A stretch of DNA of 64,000 nt from an uncultured Actinomycetes bacterium (GCA_963706025.1 CAVPLM010000020.1:58293-122292); one strand, 5' to 3'. Positions 18,215 through 28,014 are shown, counted from the stretch's first letter. Program-made: numbers and translations. Notes: generated from the letters alone by a model not told the origin.

Positions 18215-20499
18215 CCCGCGTCTTCCAGGTACCCTGACAGTCGCTGCGCTGCCTCGCGGTCGGGCTCGAGCTCCAAAGCCTTGTCGATGGCCACTCTGGC
18301 TTCTTCGTAGCGCCCCAGGTAGTAGAGGCAGTCCCCCAGCCACTCCTGGTAGCCGGCGTTGTTCGGCACGAGGGCCACAGCGCGCTGCAGGTGAGGCAAA
18401 GCGGCCTCGTAGTCTTCCTGTTCGTCCCAGATGGCACCCAGGGCCCAATGCGTGTAGTCGTCGTTCTCATCAAGAGCCAGCGCCTTTTTGAGATTGGCGA
18501 TCGCTCCGGGAGAGTCTCCCTTGTGCCACAGCGTCAACCCGATGTCCTGGTACGCCGAGGCCTCGTATCCCTGGCCCAACTCGAGCTCGGTCTCGTAATA
18601 TGAGAGGGCTTCGTCGTACTGTCCGGTCTGCCATAGAGCCTCCCCCAGGAGACTCAGGAAACTGGCCCAGTTCGGTCTGTATGTGACTGCGAGGTCGTAG
18701 TAGGGGATGGCGGCCTCCCAATCTCCGTGCACGGCGTTTATCCAGCCGGCCGACTCCAACACCCAGGGATCCTGCGGGCTGAGGTCGAGAGCGGTCTGCA
18801 TCTCGGTCAGGGCTTCTTCCTGCCGGTCGGAGGCTGCCAGCACCCGGCCCAGGAACGCGTGGGCCAAGCCACTCTCCGGATCCAGCTCTATGGCCTTGCG
18901 GCAGACCTCCTCCGCGGAAGCGAAATCTCCGGTCTTGCGACTATAGGCCGCGCTCAGCTGGGCCAGGCCCAAGAAGGCCCAAGCCTCGGCGTTCGCCGGG
19001 TTTCTCTGCACGGCCAACTCGAGCTGCTGCTCGGTCATCTCGGTGGAGTAGTCTGCGTGGAGGTAGTAGGCGATTCCCAGCCGAGTACGGCCCAGGTCGC
19101 TGTCGGGACTCATCCGCAGAGCCTCCTCATACTTGGCAAAGCCCTCCTCGAGCTTGCCGCTCTCGACCAGGACGTCCCCGTCCTTGATCAGTTGGGTCAC
19201 CTGCACTGAAAGCGTGGTGGTCGTCGAGCCGCCTCCGGAACCGGTGGTGGATACCGAGCCACCGGACGTCGAGACTACCGTCCCGTCGGTCGTGGTGACC
19301 GTCGACTCGGTCGTCTGCCCGTCCGAGCGCGTGGCCAGCACCGCGACCACTGCCACGATCGCCACCACCGCCACTGCGGCAGCAACGATCATCCACCGCC
19401 GTGACCTGCTCTTCCCCGAGCGAGTCCCGAGGCCGAGCGGCTCCAGCGTCGGCTGCGCCCCGGCGTCCGTCGCGGTCGCCACCCGCTCTACCTTGGTGGG
19501 AGCGGAGCCCAGCGGTTCCGCGAAGCCCGGCCGTGCGCCTTCCACGGGCCGGCCGACAGGACCCTCGACCAGCGTGGCGGCAAGCAAAGGGGCGCCAACA
19601 GGAACCTCGTAGACCGTCACCGGGGGAGGAGCAAGAGCGGTCTGCAGCGCGATGGCAAGATCGCCGGCCCTCTGGTAGCGCCGCTCCGGCTCTTTCGCCA
19701 GCGCCCGCTCCAGCACTGCCTGTATCTCCGCGGGCAAGCGGGGATTGAGTGAGCAGGCGGGAGGGACCGGAGCCGAGAGATGTTGAGCAAGGATGGACGC
19801 GGTGGTGTCGGCGTCGTAAGGGACACGGCCGGCCAAGGCCTCGAACAGGACCACCCCGAGAGAGTAGATGTCGCTGCGGTGGTCTACCGCAAACCCCTGC
19901 ACCTGTTCGGGGGACATGTAGTGGGCCGAGCCCATGACCACCCCGGAGACGGTGTAGGAGGTAACGCCCATGATCTTGGCGATGCCGTAGTCGGTGAGGA
20001 TGGGCTCTCCGTCCGAGGTGAGCAGGATGTTGGCCGGTTTGACGTCGCGATGCACCATGCCATGGGCGGTAGCGTAGTCGATGGCCGAGCACAGAGGCGG
20101 GAACAAGCGCAGGATCTCGCCGGTAGAGAGACCACTCCGGGGCTCGGCAGAGGGGAGCGGAGCTTTCGCGCTGCTCGCGGCCGCCCCGGCTGCCATGAGG
20201 GCGGCCAGGGTGGGCCCATCGATGAACTCCATGACCATGTAGTAGGACTCGCCCTCATTGCCGAAGTCGAACACCTTGACGATGTTGGGATGCCTGAGGG
20301 CGGCCACCGCCTGGGCCTCATGCCGAAAGCGGCTGACGAAGGTGGGGTCGGCGGCCAGGTGGCTGTGCATGACCTTGATGGCGACCACTCGATCGAGGAC
20401 CGGGTCGAGCCCCCGATATACGGTGGCCATTCCGCCCCGCCCCACCAACGCGGCCGCCTGGTATCTACCCAGAGTCCTGCCTACGAGATCTTCCGTCAC
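18208..20499 (-). CDS. Hanks-type Ser/Thr protein kinase with one TM helix and an extracytoplasmic TPR-repeat domain
   Basis: Kinase motifs VAIKVM, HRDVKPANILL, DYGIAK and ...SPEQ.... The TM helix is WMIVAAAVAVVAIVAVVAVLA. A Ser/Thr-rich linker and multiple TPR units follow. Its GTG start overlaps the upstream TGA (GTGA). Confidence 0.92.
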   Translation of the reverse strand: MTEDLVGRTLGRYQAAALVGRGGMATVYRGLDPVLDRVVAIKVMHSHLAADPTFVSRFRHEAQAVAALRHPNIVKVFDFGNEGESYYMVMEFIDGPTLAALMAAGAAASSAKAPLPSAEPRSGLSTGEILRLFPPLCSAIDYATAHGMVHRDVKPANILLTSDGEPILTDYGIAKIMGVTSYTVSGVVMGSAHYMSPEQVQGFAVDHRSDIYSLGVVLFEALAGRVPYDADTTASILAQHLSAPVPPACSLNPRLPAEIQAVLERALAKEPERRYQRAGDLAIALQTALAPPPVTVYEVPVGAPLLAATLVEGPVGRPVEGARPGFAEPLGSAPTKVERVATATDAGAQPTLEPLGLGTRSGKSRSRRWMIVAAAVAVVAIVAVVAVLATRSDGQTTESTVTTTDGTVVSTSGGSVSTTGSGGGSTTTTLSVQVTQLIKDGDVLVESGKLEEGFAKYEEALRMSPDSDLGRTRLGIAYYLHADYSTEMTEQQLELAVQRNPANAEAWAFLGLAQLSAAYSRKTGDFASAEEVCRKAIELDPESGLAHAFLGRVLAASDRQEEALTEMQTALDLSPQDPWVLESAGWINAVHGDWEAAIPYYDLAVTYRPNWASFLSLLGEALWQTGQYDEALSYYETELELGQGYEASAYQDIGLTLWHKGDSPGAIANLKKALALDENDDYTHWALGAIWDEQEDYEAALPHLQRAVALVPNNAGYQEWLGDCLYYLGRYEEARVAIDKALELEPDREAAQRLSGYLEDAGY

Positions 20500-22685
20500 A
20501 AGGTGTCCTTGCGCTTCTGCAGCGCGATGATGATGGCGAGCAAGATCATGGCCAGAGCCAAAGACATGCCCCAGTAGAGCGTCAGATTCACGTGGAAGAT
20601 GTCACCGTACTGGTCCTGAAGCGAGTTGATCAAAGCCTGCTTCTCTCCCGGGCTCGAGAGACTCTCGATGCCGGGTAGATAGACGTCGGAGAGGTCGGCG
20701 GCCTGAGCCGGACCGCTCTCGATCTCGGCCGAAGTCACCAGCGCGCCTAGTTCCCAGCGGGTGGAAGTGAGCCATCCCATCACCTGCCCGGCCACCCCGA
20801 GATCCGACACCGGGATCATCCCCCCCGAGAACACGAACTGGGGCACCAGCACCAGGATCACGAGAAGCATGGCCCGGTCCTCGCTGGGCGCCACCGCCGA
20901 CACCAGGAGACCCCACATCACCCCGGCGAACGTGCCCAGTACCAGGGGCACGAATAGCTGCATGGTCGCCGCCGCGCTCAGGTGGGAGAAGTCGACTGCG
21001 GCCAGCTTGAACACGAAGAGCATGAGGGCGCTGTAGACCGCGAACAGAAAGCCTATCGCCACTTTCGACCCGACATAGGGCATGACTCGCAGCCCCACCA
21101 TACGCTCGCGGCGGTAGACGGCGTCCTCCTTCACTATCTCCCGCACCGAGGTGATCGTCCCCACCAACACCGTGATGATGGCGGTCATGAACAGCATGGT
21201 CACCGCCTGGGTCGCGCTGCCGCTCTGGAGGTCGAACACGTCCCGCTTCCAGATGACGAAATCGAGCACTCCCAGGAAAGGAGCGATGGCGAAGAGCAGG
21301 GCTGCAGTCTTCTTGTCGCGCCAGATGGTGTCGATGTAGCGCTTGGAGAGGACCACGAACTGTTTCCAGTTCGAGACCCGGCGGGGCGGGCCGGCGGCGC
21401 CCGGCAACGACTGACCGGGCGCCCGCGCGACGGGCGGGGCGGCGGCAGCCGTCCCACCTGCCGCCACGGGGACACCCTGCGCTGCAGCGACCGGGTCCAT
21501 CTCCGCGAGACGCTTCTCGACGTTCTCGCGATACCCCGGCGAGGCACGGAAGCGGCCTTCCCACTCTCTGGACTCGCCCTGCTCGAGCCGGGTGTAGATC
21601 TCGTCGAAATCATCCACACCGAAGTAGCGAAGCGCGTCTTCCGGCGGACCGTAGTAGGCGAGGTGGCCTCCCCGAGCCATGAAGACGACCTTGTCGCAGG
21701 TCATGACGTTCTTCGTGGCATGCGTCACGAGAGCGACGGTGCGACCCTGGTCGGCCAACCGGCGGAGTAGCTTCATCATCTGCGACTCGGTGCCTGGGTC
21801 GAGACCAGACGTGGCCTCGTCCAGGAAGAACAGGCTGGGCTTGGTGAGCAGCTCCACCCCCATGGACACCCGCTTGCGCTGGCCGCCGCTCAGTTGACGC
21901 ACCGCCCTGTCCGCGCACATGCGCAGGTCGAGGTCCTCGAGCACCTCCTGTACCCGTTGCCGGCGCTCGTGGACCGAGGTGTCGGCCGGCATCCGCAACT
22001 GGGCGGCATAGTCGAGGGCCCGCAGGACCGGCAGCTCCCTGTGGATGATGTCGTCCTGCGGCACGTAGCCCAGATCGTTGCGGTACGCGCTGAAATTGCG
22101 ATAGAGGTCGGTCCCGTTGAGCAGCACCGTCCCCATGTTCGCCGGACGGAAGCCGCAGAGGGCGTTCAACAAGGTGGACTTGCCCGACCCACTGGCTCCC
22201 ACAACGGCCACGAACTCCTGCGGGTAGATCGAGAGCGACACGTCCTGCAAGATGCGCAATCCTTTGCCCACCACCCGGCTGAGGTGGAAAGCATCGATCC
22301 GAAGGTTGCCCTCCTCATTGACCACCCGCAGCCGTCCTTGCTCCAGCACCATGCGGCTGGAGCCGATGCGCACCACGTCCCCCTCGCCCAGCAGGTGCTC
22401 CTTGACCATCTGGCCGTTGAGATAGGTCCCCGCGCCGCTGCCCAGGTCTTCGAGGAAGAGATCGGAACCGCGCCGCACGATCTGGGCGTGCGCCCGCGAT
22501 ACCTGGGGATGGAAGATGGTGACGTCGGCGTTCTCGCTCCGGCCGAGGACGAGGGCCCCCTTGGAGGGCAGATCGAACGTGGCCGCGCGCTGCTCGGCCG
22601 GCCCCCCGGGGCGCGGCGGCGGCGCGCGCGGCATCCGGATCGCGGAATTCCAAGGCCACCGATCGCCCGATGTAGACCACGTCAC
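20496..22685 (-). CDS. FHA-domain ABC exporter, fused ATPase plus ABC-2 (ABCG-type) permease
   Basis: FHA domain (...LVLGRSENADVTIFHPQVSRAHAQI...GSGAGTYLNGQ...), Walker A GASGSGKST, signature LSGGQRKRVSMG, Walker B LFFLDEATSGLD, and a C-terminal six-TM ABC-2 domain. Confidence 0.9.
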   Translation of the reverse strand: MTWSTSGDRWPWNSAIRMPRAPPPRPGGPAEQRAATFDLPSKGALVLGRSENADVTIFHPQVSRAHAQIVRRGSDLFLEDLGSGAGTYLNGQMVKEHLLGEGDVVRIGSSRMVLEQGRLRVVNEEGNLRIDAFHLSRVVGKGLRILQDVSLSIYPQEFVAVVGASGSGKSTLLNALCGFRPANMGTVLLNGTDLYRNFSAYRNDLGYVPQDDIIHRELPVLRALDYAAQLRMPADTSVHERRQRVQEVLEDLDLRMCADRAVRQLSGGQRKRVSMGVELLTKPSLFFLDEATSGLDPGTESQMMKLLRRLADQGRTVALVTHATKNVMTCDKVVFMARGGHLAYYGPPEDALRYFGVDDFDEIYTRLEQGESREWEGRFRASPGYRENVEKRLAEMDPVAAAQGVPVAAGGTAAAAPPVARAPGQSLPGAAGPPRRVSNWKQFVVLSKRYIDTIWRDKKTAALLFAIAPFLGVLDFVIWKRDVFDLQSGSATQAVTMLFMTAIITVLVGTITSVREIVKEDAVYRRERMVGLRVMPYVGSKVAIGFLFAVYSALMLFVFKLAAVDFSHLSAAATMQLFVPLVLGTFAGVMWGLLVSAVAPSEDRAMLLVILVLVPQFVFSGGMIPVSDLGVAGQVMGWLTSTRWELGALVTSAEIESGPAQAADLSDVYLPGIESLSSPGEKQALINSLQDQYGDIFHVNLTLYWGMSLALAMILLAIIIALQKRKDTL

Positions 22686-23388
22686 CGTCGGTCAGAGGCA
22701 TGTTCTGGACCGGCTTGCCCTGGAAGCGCAGACCGTTGGTGCTGCCCAGGTCGGTTATGTCCCAGCCCGAATCGCGCCTGTCCAGGCGGGCATGGTGCCG
22801 CGAGACGGCGTCGGAATCCACCGTTATGTCGCTCCCCGGATCTCGCCCCAGGGTCATCGACCCGGCGGTCAGGGAGTACTCGCCTACCCCTTGGGGAGTG
22901 GTGACGACCAGCCGGGGCGGGGTAGGGGGAGCCATTATGCACGTCTGACCCGGCTTTCCGACCGGCTCCGCCAGAACACCCGGCGGGGCGACGGCAACGA
23001 CGGTCGGCGCCACCGATTCCCGGTGGTAGCGGATGGAGAAAGGCCCTATCTGGATGAGAGAACCGTCGACCAGTCGCTGCTCGACCTTGACCTCGAGCTC
23101 CGCCCCGTCCACACGCGTACCATTCCCGCTGCCCAGATCGATGATGCTGCTCCCTTGAGCATCTGAGAGGATACGGGCGTGAAAACGGGAAACAGTGGCA
23201 TGATCCAGGCAGACGTCGTTCTCAGGCGCGCGCCCCAAGCTGGTGACGGCCTGAGTGAGCTGACGCTCCTCGACACCGTCCTGACCTTCGAAAGAGAGCC
23301 GACCGAACACGAGCCCACCCCCGCTTTTGGTTGGCTCTATTCTTAACTCCACTCGGCACTTTTGCAAACTGTCTAAACTGCGGAACAT
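22315..23388 (-). CDS. tandem FHA-domain protein (two FHA domains), probably the N-terminal part of the FHA-ABC gene
   Basis: Two FHA cores (...SLGRAPENDVCLDHATVSRFHARI...GSGNGTRVDG... and ...TLGRDPGSDITVDSDAVSRHHARL...GSTNGLRF...). After ...ALEFRDPDAARAAAAPRG the ORF runs about 300 nt out of frame across the third FHA domain. A frame change in the C6G4 run at 22602-22611 would fuse the two ORFs. AT-rich codons at 23311-23388 suggest the real start is GTG 23310, after GGGGGTGGG. Confidence 0.75.
   Translation of the reverse strand: MFRSLDSLQKCRVELRIEPTKSGGGLVFGRLSFEGQDGVEERQLTQAVTSLGRAPENDVCLDHATVSRFHARILSDAQGSSIIDLGSGNGTRVDGAELEVKVEQRLVDGSLIQIGPFSIRYHRESVAPTVVAVAPPGVLAEPVGKPGQTCIMAPPTPPRLVVTTPQGVGEYSLTAGSMTLGRDPGSDITVDSDAVSRHHARLDRRDSGWDITDLGSTNGLRFQGKPVQNMPLTDGDVVYIGRSVALEFRDPDAARAAAAPRGAGRAARGHVRSALQGGPRPRPERERRRHHLPSPGIAGARPDRAARFRSLPRRPGQRRGDLSQRPDGQGAPAGRGGRGAHRLQPHGAGARTAAGGQ
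23339..23367 (-). promoter_or_regulatory. candidate promoter of the FHA/ABC/kinase operon (TTGCAA-16/17 nt-TAAGAAT)
   Basis: Minus strand reads tTTGCAAaagtgccgagtggagtTAAGAATagag, in an AT-rich patch. If it is real, ATG 23388 lies upstream of the transcription start. Confidence 0.35.
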
Positions 23389-23410
23389 GCGTTGCGCGGT
23401 GAGGGACCGG

Positions 23411-23419
23411 TGCTAAGAT
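23411..23419 (+). promoter_or_regulatory. extended -10 promoter element (TGcTAAGAT) for the divergent membrane/zinc-ribbon gene
   Basis: ggTGCTAAGATg lies 46 nt upstream of ATG 23465, which has a GAGGG RBS. Confidence 0.4.
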
Positions 23420-23464
23420 GAACGGTACCGATGACGCCGCGCGAGTCAAGTCAAGCGAGGGCTG

Positions 23465-24243
23465 ATGAACGAATCTTCCACAACATCCGACCGGCCGCTC
23501 TACCTCTACGTCGCTTTTCTGGGGAACCTCATCGCTGCCGCCGGGATGGCCTTCCTCCTGCTGGGGATACTCGGAGCTCTCGGCCTCATCAGCGCGGTCA
23601 CCGACAGCTTGGGCGGTTTCGGCAGTAGCTTCGCCTCGGCCACCACCGGATCGGCCGCGGCTTACTCGTTCGCCTTCCTTGCCAGTCTCTTGTCGCTCTC
23701 CGCTTCCTGGAAGATGCTCCGCGAGGGACCGCGGCTGTGGCTACTTGTGCTCGTGGTCGTGTTCCAGCTGGCGGCCGCGGCCGTTTTTCACAGCTGGGTC
23801 TCGGTGATCGCGCTCATACCCACGGTGGCCGCGCTCTACGGGCTGGTGCTCGTCCTCAGATCGGCGCCTGTCCTGCGGGGCCCGGCACCGACCCCGGCCA
23901 TCATGCCCAGGGAAACGCCGGCCTCGGCCACAGCGGCGCCGACAGTGCAGCCGCGGCAGGCAACGAGTCTCCTTGGGTCGCGCCCGCGCCGATCATCCCG
24001 GCGCCGATCACCCCGACCACCCCGGAGCCGGCCACCCCCGCACCGGTCACCCCCGCAGCGATCGATTCAGTGCCGGTCGCTGAGACGCTCGTGATCCCAG
24101 ACGAGGGCGCAGCCCCCGCCATGGATGGTCGCGCTCCGGCTGCCGCTCGACCTGTCGCATCACGACGGTGCGCAGACTGCGGGGCTACCAACAATCAGGA
24201 TGCCCGCTTCTGCTACTCGTGCGGATCGATCCTGCCTGGATAG
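23465..24243 (+). CDS. hypothetical membrane protein with Pro/Thr/Ala linker and C-terminal zinc-ribbon (frameshift about 23900-23950)
   Basis: Frame 1 encodes about 4 TM helices up to ...PASATAAPTVQP and then turns Arg/Ser-rich. Frame 2 has strong GC3 and reads ...APAPIIPAPITPTTPEPATPAPVTPAA...RRCADCGATNNQDARFCYSCGSILPG up to the stop at 24243. Confidence 0.55.
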
Positions 24244-24300
24244 GTCGCCTACTGCCGGGGGTTACCGGCGGTCGGTGCGCCGCCACATCGCGACTGCCGC

Positions 24301-25095
24301 TCAGTCCACCGGCAGCCCGAAGAAGTCCCGGGGGTTCTGGTAGCAGACCTTGTCGATGGTGGCTTTGTCCAAGCCAAAGAGCTTCATAGCCAGGATCACC
24401 CGGGGGACCATGAAGTAGTCGTTGCCTTCGCCCCCCAGCTCCGAGTTGATGATGATCTTGTCTCTTAGGTCGGGGTTGTCGATCACGTAGCGGGCCGCCG
24501 GTTCCGGGGGCATCTTATCCCAGCACACCGAGAGCCCCACCATGCCGCCGGTCTTCATGCGCCAGTCGAGGGTGGCTTCCCCGGCGTGGTCGAAGACGCA
24601 TTTTGCCGGGGGGAAGCCCTCGTCCGTAAGGATTTCCAGCACCTGGGGCAGCACCGTCTCTCCTTGGGGAGCCAGGCGGATGGGGGTATGAAGGATGACG
24701 GGCAGGTCGTGGGCTTTGGCGATCCGCAGATGCTCGCGGAAGAGGTCTTTCTCGAAGTCCGTGCCGGTGTCCAGGCCTATCTCCCCCAGAGCTACGGCCC
24801 TCTCGGCCTCGAGGAAGTCGGGCAGCCGGGCCAGGCAGGTCTCGGCATCGGCGTGGTTCACGCCGAAGAAGGGCACAGAGAGGGAGGTGAAGAGCTCGAA
24901 GCCCAGGGTTTTCGCGGTGGTGGTCTCCATGCCCAGGAAGCGCTCCCACATAAGAAGCACGCTGTCTGCGTCCTTGCTGCCTAAGTACATGTGGGGGCTG
25001 GGGACGATGGCCGCCTCCATGCCCATCATGACCAGCTTCTGCAGCTGCTTGTCCTCGACCATGTCGGTATGCAGATGGGCGTCGATGAAGCGCAT
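24301..25095 (-). CDS. TatD-related / amidohydrolase-fold metal-dependent hydrolase
   Basis: N-terminal MRFIDAHLH metal-binding motif, later ...LPVILHTP... and ...VFDHAG... His/Asp ligand contexts. Confidence 0.7.
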   Translation of the reverse strand: MRFIDAHLHTDMVEDKQLQKLVMMGMEAAIVPSPHMYLGSKDADSVLLMWERFLGMETTTAKTLGFELFTSLSVPFFGVNHADAETCLARLPDFLEAERAVALGEIGLDTGTDFEKDLFREHLRIAKAHDLPVILHTPIRLAPQGETVLPQVLEILTDEGFPPAKCVFDHAGEATLDWRMKTGGMVGLSVCWDKMPPEPAARYVIDNPDLRDKIIINSELGGEGNDYFMVPRVILAMKLFGLDKATIDKVCYQNPRDFFGLPVD

Positions 25096-25200
25096 GTGTC
25101 GGTCCTCCGTGCGCCGAAGCGCATAGTCTATGGGGGCGGGATCATGCGGCTATCCTAGCATCACCGTCGCGGTCGGAGCGAGACGGGCCGCGTCACCTAT

Positions 25201-26643
25201 CTACTCGGGCAACTCCGGAAGTCCGTCTCCATAGAGCCAGACCTCGAACAGTCCGTCCAACTCGGCCTTCATCGAGCTCGGAGCCTTCTCTTCGGCCAAA
25301 GCGATGAAGTCCTCCGTCCGTGCGTTCCCGTGTCGGTAACGCGCTTCCCACTCGCGCAGGATATCGAAGAAGACATCGTCGCCGACCGTGAGCCGCAGGG
25401 CGTGCAGGGTGAGCGCCCCCCGCCGGTAGACGCTGACGCCGAACAGATCGTCGACTCCGGGATCTCCCGGGGGCCGGTGGTCTGAGTCGCCTAGCAGGCT
25501 CTGGCTCTCCGTCACCATCCCGTCCAGGACCTCCCGCCCACGGTCGTGCTCCAGCCACAACCAGCTCGCGTAGGTGGCGAAGCCTTCGTTCAGCCAGATG
25601 TCTTCCCACGCGGCGATGGTCACGCTGTTCCCGAACCATTGGTGAGCCAGTTCGTGTGAGATGTAGATCTCCCCGACGACAGGATCGGACAGCCTGCTCG
25701 TCAGGACATCCCGGCCGAAGAGCGAGAGAGTCTGATTCTCCATGGCCGCCCCCGTGTCGACATCCGGCACCACCACGCCGTAGACCTCGAACGGATAGGG
25801 GCCGAACAGCTCGGCGTAGAAGGCCAGCAGCTCCCCCGTGCGCGCGAACGCGTCGCCCGCGGCTTCCGCCAGCGGGGGCGCGAAGTAGTTGCGGATGGCC
25901 ACCCCATTGGGGGCAGTGTCTTCTTCCAGCTCGTATTCCCCTATGGCGACTGTGGCCAGATAGCTGGCCAGCGGCTCCTGCATCTCCCAGACGAAAGTCT
26001 GGTCCGTTTCCCCTGCCTCTGTCTTGACCAGCACCCCGCTGGCTGCCGCCACATAGGGTCTTGGCACCGTGATGCGGAACACGTAGCTTGCCTTGTCCGA
26101 AGGGTGATCGTTGACGGGAAACCAGGTGGCGGCCCCTTGGGGCTCGTCCAGCGTGTAGATGGTGTCATCCACCCTGTGCCAGCCCACGGAGAACGCACCA
26201 CTGTGGTCCGGGGAGTCCGGTATGCCCGAGTAGTCGACCTGGGTAGAGAACGTCTCTCCGGCCTCCAGCCGCTCGGGGCAGATCACAGTCAGTTCCTGCC
26301 CGTCCCGCTCGAACTCGGCCGGCCGGCCGTCGACCGTGACGCCTTCCACCTCGAGCCCTACCAGATCCAGGTTGAAGGACTCGAGGGCCTGGAGCGCCCG
26401 GGCGTCCATGGTCGCGCTCCCGCTCAAGCCGTCCGAGCGAGGGTCGACGGTCAGGGCGATCTCGTAGTGGAGCGCGTCGTAGCCCCCGTTGCCAGCCGAA
26501 GGGAAGTAGGGATCGCCGATGCCCGGCGAGCCGGCCAGGTCGTCTCCGCACCCGAGGCCGGCGAGAGCTACGGCCGCGATGAACGCCACAACAACTGGTA
26601 GGAGCATCGGGGCCGGGGTCCGGCCCCCGCGTACGCGCCGCAT
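25201..26643 (-). CDS. M1-family zinc metallopeptidase (aminopeptidase N-like), lipoprotein
   Basis: HELAHQWFGN ... WLNEGFATY (the HEXXH-18-E signature), the upstream GAMEN-like ...TGAAMENQ... and a lipobox ...LAGLGCGDD after a signal peptide. Confidence 0.9.
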   Translation of the reverse strand: MRRVRGGRTPAPMLLPVVVAFIAAVALAGLGCGDDLAGSPGIGDPYFPSAGNGGYDALHYEIALTVDPRSDGLSGSATMDARALQALESFNLDLVGLEVEGVTVDGRPAEFERDGQELTVICPERLEAGETFSTQVDYSGIPDSPDHSGAFSVGWHRVDDTIYTLDEPQGAATWFPVNDHPSDKASYVFRITVPRPYVAAASGVLVKTEAGETDQTFVWEMQEPLASYLATVAIGEYELEEDTAPNGVAIRNYFAPPLAEAAGDAFARTGELLAFYAELFGPYPFEVYGVVVPDVDTGAAMENQTLSLFGRDVLTSRLSDPVVGEIYISHELAHQWFGNSVTIAAWEDIWLNEGFATYASWLWLEHDRGREVLDGMVTESQSLLGDSDHRPPGDPGVDDLFGVSVYRRGALTLHALRLTVGDDVFFDILREWEARYRHGNARTEDFIALAEEKAPSSMKAELDGLFEVWLYGDGLPELPE

Positions 26644-26679
26644 CTTCCCCCCGGATCGCGTCAGAGGTCCCCCACCAGC

Positions 26680-28014
26680 TTACGCCGGTGTCTTGTCTTC
26701 ATCCAGACCGTTACCGGGATCCGCCACCCGCTGCCGAGCGTCGCCGGAGAGCACAGGGACCATCCGGCCTCCCCCTCCGGTCGCGCGGACAGAGCGACGA
26801 GCGTACAGCAATCCGGCGGCCACCCCGCCGCCACACAGACCGGCCATGCAGAGGACGGTCGCCTGTACGCCCACGCTTTCGGCCAACCGACCGATGAGCA
26901 GGCTCCCGATGGGGGTGGTCCCTACGAAAAGGAGGGCGTACATGCCCATCACTCTCCCCCTCATGTGTCCGGGCACCAGGAGCTGCAGCCGGGTGTTGGC
27001 GGTCGTCATGAAGAGGACCCCCGCAAAGCCGATCATGAACATCAGTACGGCCGTCACCGCCACCCGATCAGAGAGTCCCACGAAGAGCAGCAGCACGACG
27101 AAGCCACTCGCCGCCCCCAGGAGCAGACGCTGGCTCAGCTTTTCGCGATAGGCGACGACCACGCCGGCCAGGACCGAGCCTACCCCCATGGACGTGGTGA
27201 GCAGAGCCAAAGTGGATGCTCCCGCGCTGAGAACATACTTGGTGACCAGCGGTAGCAGGACCTGGAAGTTGTAGCCGAAGGCCCCGATCGCGCCCATCAC
27301 GATGAGGATCACGACCACCTCGGGAGTGGAGCGAGCGTACCGGAAGCCCTCCTTCAACTGGCGCAGGGACTTGCCTCGCGGGACTCGGGTTACCGTCTGC
27401 AATTCCTCCGGGCGCATGGCCAACAGCGCCGCGATCACGGCCAGGAAGCTGAGCGCGTTCAGGAAGAAGCAGGCAGCGATACCCAGGGTGCTGATGACCA
27501 CGGCGCCGATGGCCGGCCCGACGATGCGGGCGACGTTGAACTGGGTGGAGTTGAGGGCTATAGCGTTCGATAGATCCTCGGTCCCCACCATCTCGGGAAC
27601 GAAGGCCTGCCGAGTGGGACCTTCTACGGCGTCCACCAGGCCGCGTACCGCGGCCAGCGCATAGATGAGCGTCATGGTCACCAGCTCCGTCGAGGTGAGT
27701 ATGGCGAGCGTGAGGGCCACCAGGAGCTGTATCACCTGGCCCACGAGGATCGTCTGCCGCTTCGGCAGCCGGTCGGCCAGCACTCCACCATAGAGTGAGA
27801 ACAGGAGCATAGGAAGGAAGCGGATGGTCATGGTCAGGCCTAGAGCCATGGGAGAATCGGTCAAACTGAGAACCAGCCAGCTAAGGGCGACGTCCTGCAT
27901 CCAGGTGCCGCCCAGGGACACCATCTGCCCGAACCAGAAGAGCCGGTAGTTGCGGTTGCTGAGGGAGCGGACACCGTGGGCGACCGCCCCCAGGCCGTTC
28001 TTCTTCCTGCTCAT
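26680..28014 (-). CDS. MFS efflux transporter (EntS/MFS_3-like)
   Basis: 444 aa from ATG 28014, with an ATGA overlap on the marR stop. N-terminal ...NRNYRLFWFGQMVSLGGTWMQ... and 12 TM helices. The 576-aa ORF in the track includes out-of-frame marR sequence. Confidence 0.85.
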   Translation of the reverse strand: MSRKKNGLGAVAHGVRSLSNRNYRLFWFGQMVSLGGTWMQDVALSWLVLSLTDSPMALGLTMTIRFLPMLLFSLYGGVLADRLPKRQTILVGQVIQLLVALTLAILTSTELVTMTLIYALAAVRGLVDAVEGPTRQAFVPEMVGTEDLSNAIALNSTQFNVARIVGPAIGAVVISTLGIAACFFLNALSFLAVIAALLAMRPEELQTVTRVPRGKSLRQLKEGFRYARSTPEVVVILIVMGAIGAFGYNFQVLLPLVTKYVLSAGASTLALLTTSMGVGSVLAGVVVAYREKLSQRLLLGAASGFVVLLLFVGLSDRVAVTAVLMFMIGFAGVLFMTTANTRLQLLVPGHMRGRVMGMYALLFVGTTPIGSLLIGRLAESVGVQATVLCMAGLCGGGVAAGLLYARRSVRATGGGGRMVPVLSGDARQRVADPGNGLDEDKTPA

